A DNA stretch of 52,827 nt. Origin: an uncultured Muribaculaceae bacterium. GTDB lineage: Bacteria > Pseudomonadota > Alphaproteobacteria > Rs-D84. The notes beneath the pieces are model-generated. The model made no database searches. It was not told the origin of the DNA and was given only the letters and a program-made list of their open reading frames with translations. The DNA lies in assembly GCA_964587855.1 (NCBI GenBank), contig CAZPLT010000004.1, forward strand, positions 1-52,827. Reading direction: 5' to 3'. Below, piece by piece: positions 15,572 to 23,543 of the stretch; the first letter of the stretch is position 1, and each line of letters opens with the position of its first letter. The position numbers were made by a program, and so were the translations under genes.

Positions 15572-17905
15572 TTTTATTGGTGGAAAGCAATCGCCACCGG
15601 AACTGGGGCAACAATTAAATCCTTGTTCTCCCATGTCTGTATAAACTTCGCCGGAACAACATCCGTTTACATCTGGTGCATTTCCGTCTTCGCAAGTTAA
15701 TACTTGATTATTTTCTTCGGCTGGTGCTTTTTCTTTTGCAAATGGATTTTTTATACTTCCATCAGTGTTATATTCCAATCCCAAAACTTGTTCATTATAC
15801 TCTTTCGATCCCTTGGTTAATGCTTGGCCACCAGTACCAACAATTCCGGTCTTTTGTTGATTAGTATATACTGCAGCTTGTTTTGCATTGTTGATTGCCT
15901 GGTATTGTGTTGATTGGCAATACGCTACAACAGTGCGATAATCATAACCATCATCTGCGATGGATTGTGCCGTAACACCCGAAGCCAATTGCCCATTTTG
16001 TCCGCAGTATTTTTGAATATTAAATCCACGAACCTGCCCAATCCACGACGGATCTTTATAATTAACCCAAGGGCCATCAGAAGTTTCGGATGTGCTAATT
16101 GGCGGTGCTTTATGTACAGCATACTCAGATGGTTTTAATTTACAATTTTCCACTCCATTAACTTTGTCACAGAAATTAACAACTAAATCTTTTGGAGAAT
16201 AAACAGTTATACGTGTTCCAGCCGCTATAGAAAATGGAGGAACCGTATTATCCAGCATATCAACCATTAATTTTTGGGCAACTTTATTCCATGTATTAAT
16301 AATTTCATTTTTTGCAAGTTCCGAAGAACGAACCTGACCGCTTTGTGTAACGGTATTATTATCCCAATCAATTTGATTAACAAATTTATCCGATATTGGT
16401 GCAATTAAATTAACTGCTGCGGGTACGACTGCGGTTATCATTGGCATAATAAATTGTTCCATGTAATCGGTGCTTCCGTGTCCGGGAACCCCAACACGAC
16501 CCTGGCTGTCGCCGGCGAACGGTTCATTACCAGCAAAACTGAATTCCACACCATCTGGACGAACAAAGCGATACCATTTAATTTGCATACGCCCAATTGC
16601 CTTATACGGTCCGGGCATTTCGCCAGTTAAATATCCCAACATTAATGTTCCGGTTGGAACAATAATTGTGCGTCCATTATCGGAATAAACATGTCTGTCT
16701 ACGGTTGCTTGGACCGGTAACATTGATTGACGTTCAATTTTTGCATCTGCACGAATTTCATTAACAATTGTTGCGGGTATTGGTTTATATTGGCGTAATA
16801 CAAAAGAACGATCATAAGGGTCAGTGGATACGAATGCATCGCCTGCCTCGGCAGAAGAAGGAATTAAATTACTGGTTGGTTTATATGCAAACGCCGGATT
16901 AATTTCAGACAGACGTTTTGCGCCCCCCGCTGCGTTTGGTAATTCTGCGGCAGCACCAGCTTTTTGATGTGCCATATTTTTTTCGCGAGTTACAGCAGGA
17001 TTTGATAATACCGGCAATTTTGCGCCAGATGATATAAACCCGATACGATCAAAATCAGAACCTATTTTTTTGCTGGGATTTTTAAGATCTGTAATAAATC
17101 CAGTATCTGGATTGTATTCACCAATCGGTTGTGTGCAATTAGTATCAGAAAAAGGATGAAATAAATAGTGTCCAGCTTGGGGGCGAATCCAACCAATTTG
17201 TTTTCCATAAGTATCATATCCACCAAAAGAAAATTCATAACAACGTTCAGAATCTAGTTCGGATGTTGATTTACGTTCTTCTTTACGTTCCGGACCAACA
17301 TGATTTTTCATTGGTGGTGCAATGGTATCAACTGCTTCGGATACAGGATTTATTTCGGCTTTTTGTTCTGCAACAACTTTTGGTTCTTGTTTTACAGGTT
17401 CTGGTGGTTGAACAAATGTGGAAAGAGCAACAGGTATCTCGATTGTTTTTGCCATTTTTGCTTCGGCGCTGGCAGAATAATATTCGATCAAAATTTTAAT
17501 ACCTGTTTGTGTTAAATCAGTTCTGGGTATCCATACTAATTCTGCAGTACATGGAACCTCAGGAGAGATTTCACCCATATTAGTACATGTAGTATTTATG
17601 CTTAACCCGCTAATCGTTTCTGATAATTTTATACTGGGAATTATGGCAGAAGTATTAGGTGTAATTTTAATAGACTGAATAAGTTTTTCCCCTATTTTTG
17701 AATCTAGCCATTCTATTTCAGCCGGATCAGTTGTAATCTCTAGTGCGATTGTTGGGGCTTTTACGGTTTTGTCTTTTTTATTATGACCCAATAATAAAAC
17801 TAATAATACAATCACTACCAAGAATGCGGAAAATAAAACAATCCACAAAACATGCCGTGGCACGTTTTTTTTAATTTCGGAAATAGTTGTTGTTATCGTA
17901 GCCAA
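15569..17905 (-). CDS. virB10: VirB10/TrbI-family T4SS core protein, enlarged (778 aa) with N-proximal extra domain and Cys-rich C-terminal extension
   Basis: N-terminal TM (VLWIVLFSAFLVVIVLLVLLL) and a Pro-rich linker (VQPPEPVKQEPKV). The TrbI/VirB10 barrel region runs from IPATIVNEIRAD to RITVYSPKDLVVNF, via VPTGTLMLGY, WYRFVRPDGVEF and GDSQGRVGVPGH. The only available start is TTG. Confidence 0.8.
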   Translation of the reverse strand: MATITTTISEIKKNVPRHVLWIVLFSAFLVVIVLLVLLLGHNKKDKTVKAPTIALEITTDPAEIEWLDSKIGEKLIQSIKITPNTSAIIPSIKLSETISGLSINTTCTNMGEISPEVPCTAELVWIPRTDLTQTGIKILIEYYSASAEAKMAKTIEIPVALSTFVQPPEPVKQEPKVVAEQKAEINPVSEAVDTIAPPMKNHVGPERKEERKSTSELDSERCYEFSFGGYDTYGKQIGWIRPQAGHYLFHPFSDTNCTQPIGEYNPDTGFITDLKNPSKKIGSDFDRIGFISSGAKLPVLSNPAVTREKNMAHQKAGAAAELPNAAGGAKRLSEINPAFAYKPTSNLIPSSAEAGDAFVSTDPYDRSFVLRQYKPIPATIVNEIRADAKIERQSMLPVQATVDRHVYSDNGRTIIVPTGTLMLGYLTGEMPGPYKAIGRMQIKWYRFVRPDGVEFSFAGNEPFAGDSQGRVGVPGHGSTDYMEQFIMPMITAVVPAAVNLIAPISDKFVNQIDWDNNTVTQSGQVRSSELAKNEIINTWNKVAQKLMVDMLDNTVPPFSIAAGTRITVYSPKDLVVNFCDKVNGVENCKLKPSEYAVHKAPPISTSETSDGPWVNYKDPSWIGQVRGFNIQKYCGQNGQLASGVTAQSIADDGYDYRTVVAYCQSTQYQAINNAKQAAVYTNQQKTGIVGTGGQALTKGSKEYNEQVLGLEYNTDGSIKNPFAKEKAPAEENNQVLTCEDGNAPDVNGCCSGEVYTDMGEQGFNCCPSSGGDCFPPIK

Positions 17906-17953
17906 TTTTTAACTATGGGTTGAATTTATTTTTATCCCATATCCCTTTATCAT

Positions 17954-19426
17954 TTATTGCAACCGAACTACGTTACAGCTGGTACCTTGGAATTTGGTCA
18001 AACTGTTGCATAATTTTTCTGCAGTTTCCATATCTGCTATTGGACCAACACGCAAACGATAAAGTCTGGCATTAGCACCCGTTGCACCTAAATCACCGAC
18101 GCCTGCTTCATCGACTGCGAAATAAACCATACCTTTATACGGGGTCAAAAGTCCCTGGCCATCTTCACCACTGAATTTGGACAATAATTTGGTCCAATAA
18201 TCATTAAGTGCTTTGACCGAAGTATCGGATTTAAGTTCCACAGCAATGCCTGCTTGGTTAGATGATATAACCGGTATATCACTTTGTGGTAAGAACGCAC
18301 CAGTTGTGTTACGTGTTGTTGGTAACATGTTAACACCACTTGCTCCACCAGAAGTATCACTGGTTTGCATCGTCATTGGTATTTGGAATCCATTTGAATT
18401 GATGTTTTGTTTGTACGTAACTCCATAATCCATAGACTCATTCCCATAACCTACGTTTTGTAAGGATTGCGTTGATTGTATGCTTTGCATTACATTAGAT
18501 TCTGCCAAAGCCATAACGCTGGAAGTATCTGCAATCAAGAAAGGTTTAGAGCGACGTTTAATACAAACGATTCGTTGACCACTGCGCAGAACCATATCAC
18601 CGACTGCCTCTACAATCAAAAGACGTCCATTTTCACCATCAGTGCGGAAACCGACTGGCGATTCGCCACCTTCAACCAAAATAGAAACAACTGGCCGCTG
18701 GGTCATGGCGATAACTTTGTCGCCAAAGTCAATATAAGTAAAGATTCTGTCGCGCCATACGCGCTCTGGCGCAATTACAAAATCATCTGGATTTGGAACG
18801 AAAATATCCAAATCAAAACGGAATTCAGATGGATCAATTTTCATTGTTTTTATCCAACCATAATCTTCACCATCAACACCAACAGTAGAAGTTTTTGTTT
18901 TGCTGGGGAATATAGAATTCATACCAGATGTTTGACCATTACTGGAAGAAGTTGTTGCGCTGGATAAAGTAGAACGACCATCTAGGACGATATCAACCTG
19001 GGAATATGAGATTTCGCTGGAGTTAGCAGGTTCGCTGCGCAGATAGAATAAATATTTATTTCCAGATTTGCCGGTAACGATTAAATTTGTATCGCTGCCC
19101 TGATTTGTTGCAACTGGCGTCATATAAATTGTCCGACCACCTTTCTGCGGTTCAAACTGGAATAAACCATCGTTTCCGATAACACCATCTTCTATTGCTT
19201 CGCCTTCGGGCAAGTTAATCATAGTAACCATGCCATTACGTAATTTTATTGGTAATACAGTACCTGGGGCCCATGTCAATTGTGCATAGCCAGGTTTAGA
19301 ACTGCCAGTTGCCATGTTTGCTTCTGGATTATCCCATGCATCTTGAACGCCATGATCTTCAGCACTGGCAACGCCAATACAAAGAACAAAGAGCAAAGAA
19401 CAAAGAGCAAATAATTTATTTTTCAT
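17954..19426 (-). CDS. virB9: VirB9/TrbG/CagX-family T4SS core protein fused to a C-terminal SPOR domain
   Basis: Signal peptide. N-domain pattern (VTMINLPEGEAIEDGVIGN...TNLIVTGKSGNKYLFYLRS). C-domain (VIAPERVWRDRIFTYIDFG...PVVSILVEGGESPVGFR). The last 100 aa or so match the SPOR consensus (ARLYRLRVGPIADMETAEKLCNSLTKFQGTSCNVV). Confidence 0.85.
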   Translation of the reverse strand: MKNKLFALCSLLFVLCIGVASAEDHGVQDAWDNPEANMATGSSKPGYAQLTWAPGTVLPIKLRNGMVTMINLPEGEAIEDGVIGNDGLFQFEPQKGGRTIYMTPVATNQGSDTNLIVTGKSGNKYLFYLRSEPANSSEISYSQVDIVLDGRSTLSSATTSSSNGQTSGMNSIFPSKTKTSTVGVDGEDYGWIKTMKIDPSEFRFDLDIFVPNPDDFVIAPERVWRDRIFTYIDFGDKVIAMTQRPVVSILVEGGESPVGFRTDGENGRLLIVEAVGDMVLRSGQRIVCIKRRSKPFLIADTSSVMALAESNVMQSIQSTQSLQNVGYGNESMDYGVTYKQNINSNGFQIPMTMQTSDTSGGASGVNMLPTTRNTTGAFLPQSDIPVISSNQAGIAVELKSDTSVKALNDYWTKLLSKFSGEDGQGLLTPYKGMVYFAVDEAGVGDLGATGANARLYRLRVGPIADMETAEKLCNSLTKFQGTSCNVVRLQ

Positions 19427-19454
19427 ATTATATCCTTCCTAACCTAAAAATACG

Positions 19455-20117
19455 CTATTGCGCAAATTTTAGAACATTCAGTGGATCTCCATCCCCTGAT
19501 TCTATTCTGTATTCTGAGACTTGTAGTCCCAGAGGATTTTTTTGTTTTGCATTCCATTTTATTTCTGGTGCATAAGTCAAACCTATTACAATAGTAAAAT
19601 CTTTTGGCATAGTTTGTCCAGAGCTTTCTGATGTACAAAACCATCTGAATCGAACCGCAAATTTATCATTTCCGCGTGTTTCTATAACTGGGGATTGAAA
19701 TTCTACTGGACAAGAAAATGCAGGGTCTGGGGAATCATGCATAAATGCTGACCATAATTGTGTTTCGGTAAAGTTGGCATAAATCTCGCGTGAAGACCAA
19801 ATATAAACAGGACCATCAGGACTGCGCCATTTATAGCGCATAACATTGATATTTGGGATTATTTCATTACGTGCACGAATATATTCTTTGATAAAATTTT
19901 CTTTGTAATCAGTCAGGGTTTTATCATTCACAGGTAATGGTTGAATTTCAACCACTTGGGTTTCGGCGCGATGTGAATTTAAAAGAAAAATTTGAGTTTT
20001 GGTTAAAGGGAACATATTTGATACTGCAAAAACAAGGGCTAATGCAGTAGCAATAGCAGCAGCCAAAACAAAAGACATCATACGGGCAGTAAATGTATTA
20101 GGATCCAGTATAGCCAT
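19455..20117 (-). CDS. virB8: VirB8-family T4SS protein (canonical, with NPxG motif)
   Basis: Bitopic, with a short N-terminus and TM MMSFVLAAAIATALALVFAV. About 220 aa, with the hallmark NPLGLQVSEY near the C-terminus. Sits directly upstream of virB9. Confidence 0.8.
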   Translation of the reverse strand: MAILDPNTFTARMMSFVLAAAIATALALVFAVSNMFPLTKTQIFLLNSHRAETQVVEIQPLPVNDKTLTDYKENFIKEYIRARNEIIPNINVMRYKWRSPDGPVYIWSSREIYANFTETQLWSAFMHDSPDPAFSCPVEFQSPVIETRGNDKFAVRFRWFCTSESSGQTMPKDFTIVIGLTYAPEIKWNAKQKNPLGLQVSEYRIESGDGDPLNVLKFAQ

Positions 20118-20231
20118 TTTTTGCGAATTTCTCCCTTCTCTGGGGAATTGTAATAAATTTTTTACATATCACGCAAGTAAAATTTTCATTATAATAATCA
20201 TTTGTGTAATATTTAGGGCTTAAATTTTCGC

Positions 20232-20260
20232 TTGCCTTAAAAAAACTAATGCGCTAGAAT
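20232..20260 (+). promoter_or_regulatory. sigma70-like promoter (TTGCCT-17-TAGAAT) upstream of tRNA-Trp/secE
   Basis: The hexamers and spacing were read directly. It lies about 110 nt upstream of the tRNA. Confidence 0.4.
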
Positions 20261-20372
20261 ACTTTTCGCTTGATTTTGGTAATATATGTGGTATTGTGCG
20301 CGGGCGCAAATAGATAAAATAGGGTGGAATCTGCACACGACTGGCATAAAATATGTCGGTTAAAAAAGTTTT

Positions 20373-20446
20373 AGGGGCATAGTTCAACGGTAGAATAGAG
20401 GTCTCCAAAACCTTTGATGTGGGTTCGATTCCTACTGCCCCTGCCA
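20373..20446 (+). tRNA. trnW: tRNA-Trp (anticodon CCA), CCA end encoded
   Basis: Cloverleaf folded by hand. Acceptor AGGGGCA/TGCCCCT, anticodon loop CUCCAAA, T-arm GGGTTCGATTCC. Classic position before secE-nusG. Confidence 0.9.
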
Positions 20447-20464
20447 GAAAAAAACGGAAAAAAA

Positions 20465-20644
20465 TTGAAAAAATTTCTTGATTACATTAAAGCTGTCCGC
20501 CAGGAATGGTTCAAAATAGTTTGGCCATCACGCGATAATGTTATTCGTGCAACTATAATGATTTTGGTGTTTTCTGGACTTGCAGCACTATTCTTTTTCG
20601 TAACCGACAGCATTTTGAATGCGTTGGTTGGGCAAATTTTTTAA
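20465..20644 (+). CDS. secE: preprotein translocase subunit SecE
   Basis: A single C-terminal TM preceded by VRQEWFKIVWPSR, the conserved SecE block. The tracked start at 20414 overlaps the tRNA, so in-frame TTG 20465 (MKKFLDY) is preferred. The start is uncertain. Confidence 0.75.
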   Translation: MKKFLDYIKAVRQEWFKIVWPSRDNVIRATIMILVFSGLAALFFFVTDSILNALVGQIF

Positions 20645-20662
20645 ACTAGCGGGAGCAGGCTG

Positions 20663-21184
20663 ATGCAGTGGTACGTTGTTAATGTTCATACAGGATGTGA
20701 AGATAAAGTCGCAAGAGAATTGCGCGAACAAATCAACACACGTAAATTGAACGCATTGTTTGGCGAAATATTGGTACCAACACGTGAAGTGTCGGAAATC
20801 AAGGCTGGTAAACGTGTCAAAACAGAAAAGAAATTTTTCCCTGGGTATATCGTTGTTCAAATGACCATGACGAACGAAACGTTTTCGTTGGTAAAATTGC
20901 ACCCTCAGGTTGTTATGTTCTTGGGTCAAAAACAAAAGCCAGTCGCTATTTCCGAAGAAGAAGCCCGTCGTTTGATTAAGCAAATAGAAGATGGTTCAAA
21001 CGCTGTGGATGAAACAGAATATGAAGTTGGACAAGAAATACATATTATTGATGGTCCATTTATGAATTTTAATGGCATTGCAACCGAGGTTGATAACCTG
21101 AAACAAAAAATGGTTGTTAATGTATTGGTATTTGGTCGTGAAACCAGCGTCAGCTTGGACTTCACCCAAGTAGAAAAGGTATAA
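20663..21184 (+). CDS. nusG: transcription termination/antitermination factor NusG
   Basis: WYVVNVHTGCEDKV NGN start and a KOW motif near the C-terminus. Conserved position. RBS GGGAG. Confidence 0.95.
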   Translation: MQWYVVNVHTGCEDKVARELREQINTRKLNALFGEILVPTREVSEIKAGKRVKTEKKFFPGYIVVQMTMTNETFSLVKLHPQVVMFLGQKQKPVAISEEEARRLIKQIEDGSNAVDETEYEVGQEIHIIDGPFMNFNGIATEVDNLKQKMVVNVLVFGRETSVSLDFTQVEKV

Positions 21185-21263
21185 TATTTTTTAATATAAT
21201 ACCCAAAAATCGTGGTAGAAGTTGCCGCTTCGCACCACAAACTCTAAATCTAGGAGACTTAAA

Positions 21264-21695
21264 ATGGCAAAAAAAGAATTAAAGGGGCTCGTAAAACTAG
21301 TCGCCCCAGCAAAACAGGCTAATCCATCACCTCCAATCGGCCCAATTTTGGGTGCTAATGGTGTTAATATAGCCGAATTCTGCAAACAATTTAACGATGC
21401 TACTAAAGACATGGAAGCTGGTATGCCAGTTCCAGTTATTATAACAGTTTATACTGATCGCACTTTCGAATTTATTATGAAATTGCCACCAGTATCATAC
21501 TTTATTAAGAAAGCATTAAAACTGAAATCAGGTTCTAAAAAACCTGGACGTGATTTTGTCGGGACATTACCTATGTCCGAAATTCGCAAAATTGCCGAAG
21601 AAAAAATGCCGGATTTAAATTGCTCTACCGTTGATGCAGCTGCAAAAATCGTTGCTGGTCAATGCCGTTCTATGGGCGTAAAGGTGGAGGAATAA
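21264..21695 (+). CDS. rplK: 50S ribosomal protein L11
   Basis: MAKKELKGLVKLVAPAKQANPSPPIGPILG. RBS AGGAG precedes ATG 21264. Confidence 0.95.
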   Translation: MAKKELKGLVKLVAPAKQANPSPPIGPILGANGVNIAEFCKQFNDATKDMEAGMPVPVIITVYTDRTFEFIMKLPPVSYFIKKALKLKSGSKKPGRDFVGTLPMSEIRKIAEEKMPDLNCSTVDAAAKIVAGQCRSMGVKVEE

Positions 21696-21698
21696 GAT

Positions 21699-22370
21699 AT
21701 GAAAGCTACTAAAAGAATTAAAACTAGGGAATCATTAGATACCAAAAAAATCTATGGCTTGAACGAAGCAATCGAAACTTTGCGTGGTTTTACCAGCAAA
21801 AAGTTTGATGAAAGCATGGAAATTGCTGTTCGTTTGGGTGTTGATGTTACAAAAGCAGATCAAAATATTCGCCTTATGTTAGCACTTCCAAATGGAACCG
21901 GTAAAAAAGTTCGCGTCGCGGTTATTACTAATGATAAACAAGACGAAGCAAAGAAAGCCGGTGCCGAAGTTGTCGGTGGTGACGATTTGATTGAAAAAAT
22001 TGCTGGCGGACAAATGGATTTTGATCGTGTTATAGCATCACCTGATATGATGCCAAAAATGTCCAAAGTTGCACGTGTTTTGGGACCAAAAGGTTTAATG
22101 CCTAATCCGAAACTGGGCACAGTTACAAACAATGTGGCCGAAGCGATTAAAATTGCTAAAGCGGGTCAGGTTGAATTACGCGCCGAAAAGAAAGGTATTA
22201 TTCACGCGGCCTGTGGAAAAATGTCATTTTCTTCAGATAAACTAGTAGAAAATGCCACAGCTGTAATTGAGGCTTTGAAAAAAGCAAAACCAAGCACCAG
22301 CAAAGGTCAATATATTTTGGGTATAGCGGTATCAACAACCCAGGGGCCTGGTTTAAGGGTAAATATATAA
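21699..22370 (+). CDS. rplA: 50S ribosomal protein L1
   Basis: Typical L1 sequence (LPNGTGKKVRVAV..., GPKGLMPNPKLGTVT). Confidence 0.95.
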   Translation: MKATKRIKTRESLDTKKIYGLNEAIETLRGFTSKKFDESMEIAVRLGVDVTKADQNIRLMLALPNGTGKKVRVAVITNDKQDEAKKAGAEVVGGDDLIEKIAGGQMDFDRVIASPDMMPKMSKVARVLGPKGLMPNPKLGTVTNNVAEAIKIAKAGQVELRAEKKGIIHAACGKMSFSSDKLVENATAVIEALKKAKPSTSKGQYILGIAVSTTQGPGLRVNI

Positions 22371-22513
22371 AGAATTCTTGTCCAAGACTGAGGGCGGTTG
22401 AAAAACCTTAAAACCCCAAAGCCATCATAGACAAAAGAGATTAACGCTCTTTTGGGACACGAAAGAGCCCCAATCGCAAGATTGGAAAAGAAACGAAAGC
22501 AAAAGGATAAAGC
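22371..22513 (+). promoter_or_regulatory. rplJ 5' leader (candidate L10/L12 autoregulatory leader)
   Basis: 143-nt untranslated gap at the position where bacteria carry the L10 leader. The structure was not verified. Confidence 0.35.
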
Positions 22514-22990
22514 GTGAAAAAAGATGAAAAATCCGCGCTGATATCGTCTTTGCAGGAAAATATCAAAAGTGCGAATGGGATTTTCGTCGTTGAAAATCAT
22601 GGTACCAGCGTTAAAGATTTCGAGGCTTTGCGTCGTGAACTTGCGCCGATGACATCGATATTCAAAGTTGTAAAAAACCGTTTGTTCAAACTGGCATTGA
22701 AAGATTCCAGTTTTGGTGATATTGAAAAGCTGATGAAGCGTCCAACCGCTGTTGCAATTGCAACTGATAGTTTGGCTGTTACCAAGGTTTTGGCAAAATT
22801 TGCCGAAACTCATCCAACAATCACAATTGTTGGCGGTCAAATGGATGCTGGTTTGCTTGATGTAAAAGCGATAGAGCAATTGTCCAAACTTCCATCATTG
22901 CTTGAAATTCGTGGCACGATTGCACGCATACTTGTTGAGCCTGCATCGCGTTTGGCACGTGTTTCTGCGGAATATGGAAAAAAGAATTAA
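22514..22990 (+). CDS. rplJ: 50S ribosomal protein L10
   Basis: GTG start after RBS AAAAGGA. L10-like sequence and position. Confidence 0.9.
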   Translation: MKKDEKSALISSLQENIKSANGIFVVENHGTSVKDFEALRRELAPMTSIFKVVKNRLFKLALKDSSFGDIEKLMKRPTAVAIATDSLAVTKVLAKFAETHPTITIVGGQMDAGLLDVKAIEQLSKLPSLLEIRGTIARILVEPASRLARVSAEYGKKN

Positions 22991-23008
22991 AATCAAAAGG
23001 AAACTAAA

Positions 23009-23374
23009 ATGGCAGATATTCAGAAAATTGTTGAAGAATTGTCAAAATTGAGCGTTTTAGAAGCAGTTGAATTGTCAAAAGCTTTGGAAGAAGCTTGGGG
23101 CGTTTCCGCAGCAGCAGCAGTTGCAGTTGCAGCTGGTCCAGCAGCAGCGGCAGCAGCAGAAAAAACAGAATTTGACGTTGTGTTGGCAGATGCTGGTTCA
23201 AACAAATTGGGCGTTATCAAGGCTGTAAAAGACGCAACTGGTTTGGGTCTGGGCGATGCGAAAGCATTCGTAGAATCAGCACCAAAAGTTGTTAAAGAAG
23301 GCTTGTCTAAAGACGATGCTGAAAAATTGAAAGCAACTTTGGAAGCTGCAGGCGCCAAAGTAGAGCTGAAATAA
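23009..23374 (+). CDS. rplL: 50S ribosomal protein L7/L12
   Basis: Ala-rich hinge and C-terminal domain [24 protein letters not shown]...[11 protein letters not shown]. Confidence 0.97.
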   Translation: MADIQKIVEELSKLSVLEAVELSKALEEAWGVSAAAAVAVAAGPAAAAAAEKTEFDVVLADAGSNKLGVIKAVKDATGLGLGDAKAFVESAPKVVKEGLSKDDAEKLKATLEAAGAKVELK

Positions 23375-23390
23375 AACAGTAAAGTGCAAA

Positions 23391-23418
23391 AAGCAAAGAG
23401 CAATGCTCTTGCTTTTTG
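23391..23418 (+). terminator. rplL-rpoB intergenic attenuator/terminator hairpin
   Basis: AAGCAA(A)GAGC-AAT-GCTCTTGCTT followed by a T run. This matches the known partial terminator position between rplL and rpoB. Confidence 0.55.
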
Positions 23419-23543
23419 CGCTCTATCTGACAATTTTGGAATTAATAAAGAATTAATTCTTGAATTGTTTTCAATTTTGCGAGTGAAGGTAATTAAAGAT
23501 TTTATCTAAGATTACATTTGCTCTTTAAAAATGGAGTATAAAA

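Noticed and set aside
20414-20464. The tracked secE ORF start at 20414 (MMWVRFLLPLPEKNG...).
   Set aside because: This part of the ORF lies on top of the 3' half of tRNA-Trp (20373-20446). The conserved SecE core begins later, so an in-frame TTG at 20465 is the more plausible start.
22307-22879. 190-aa minus-strand ORF spanning the rplA end, the L10 leader and rplJ.
   Set aside because: It is antisense to highly conserved ribosomal protein genes and has no recognisable motifs. It is a typical shadow ORF.
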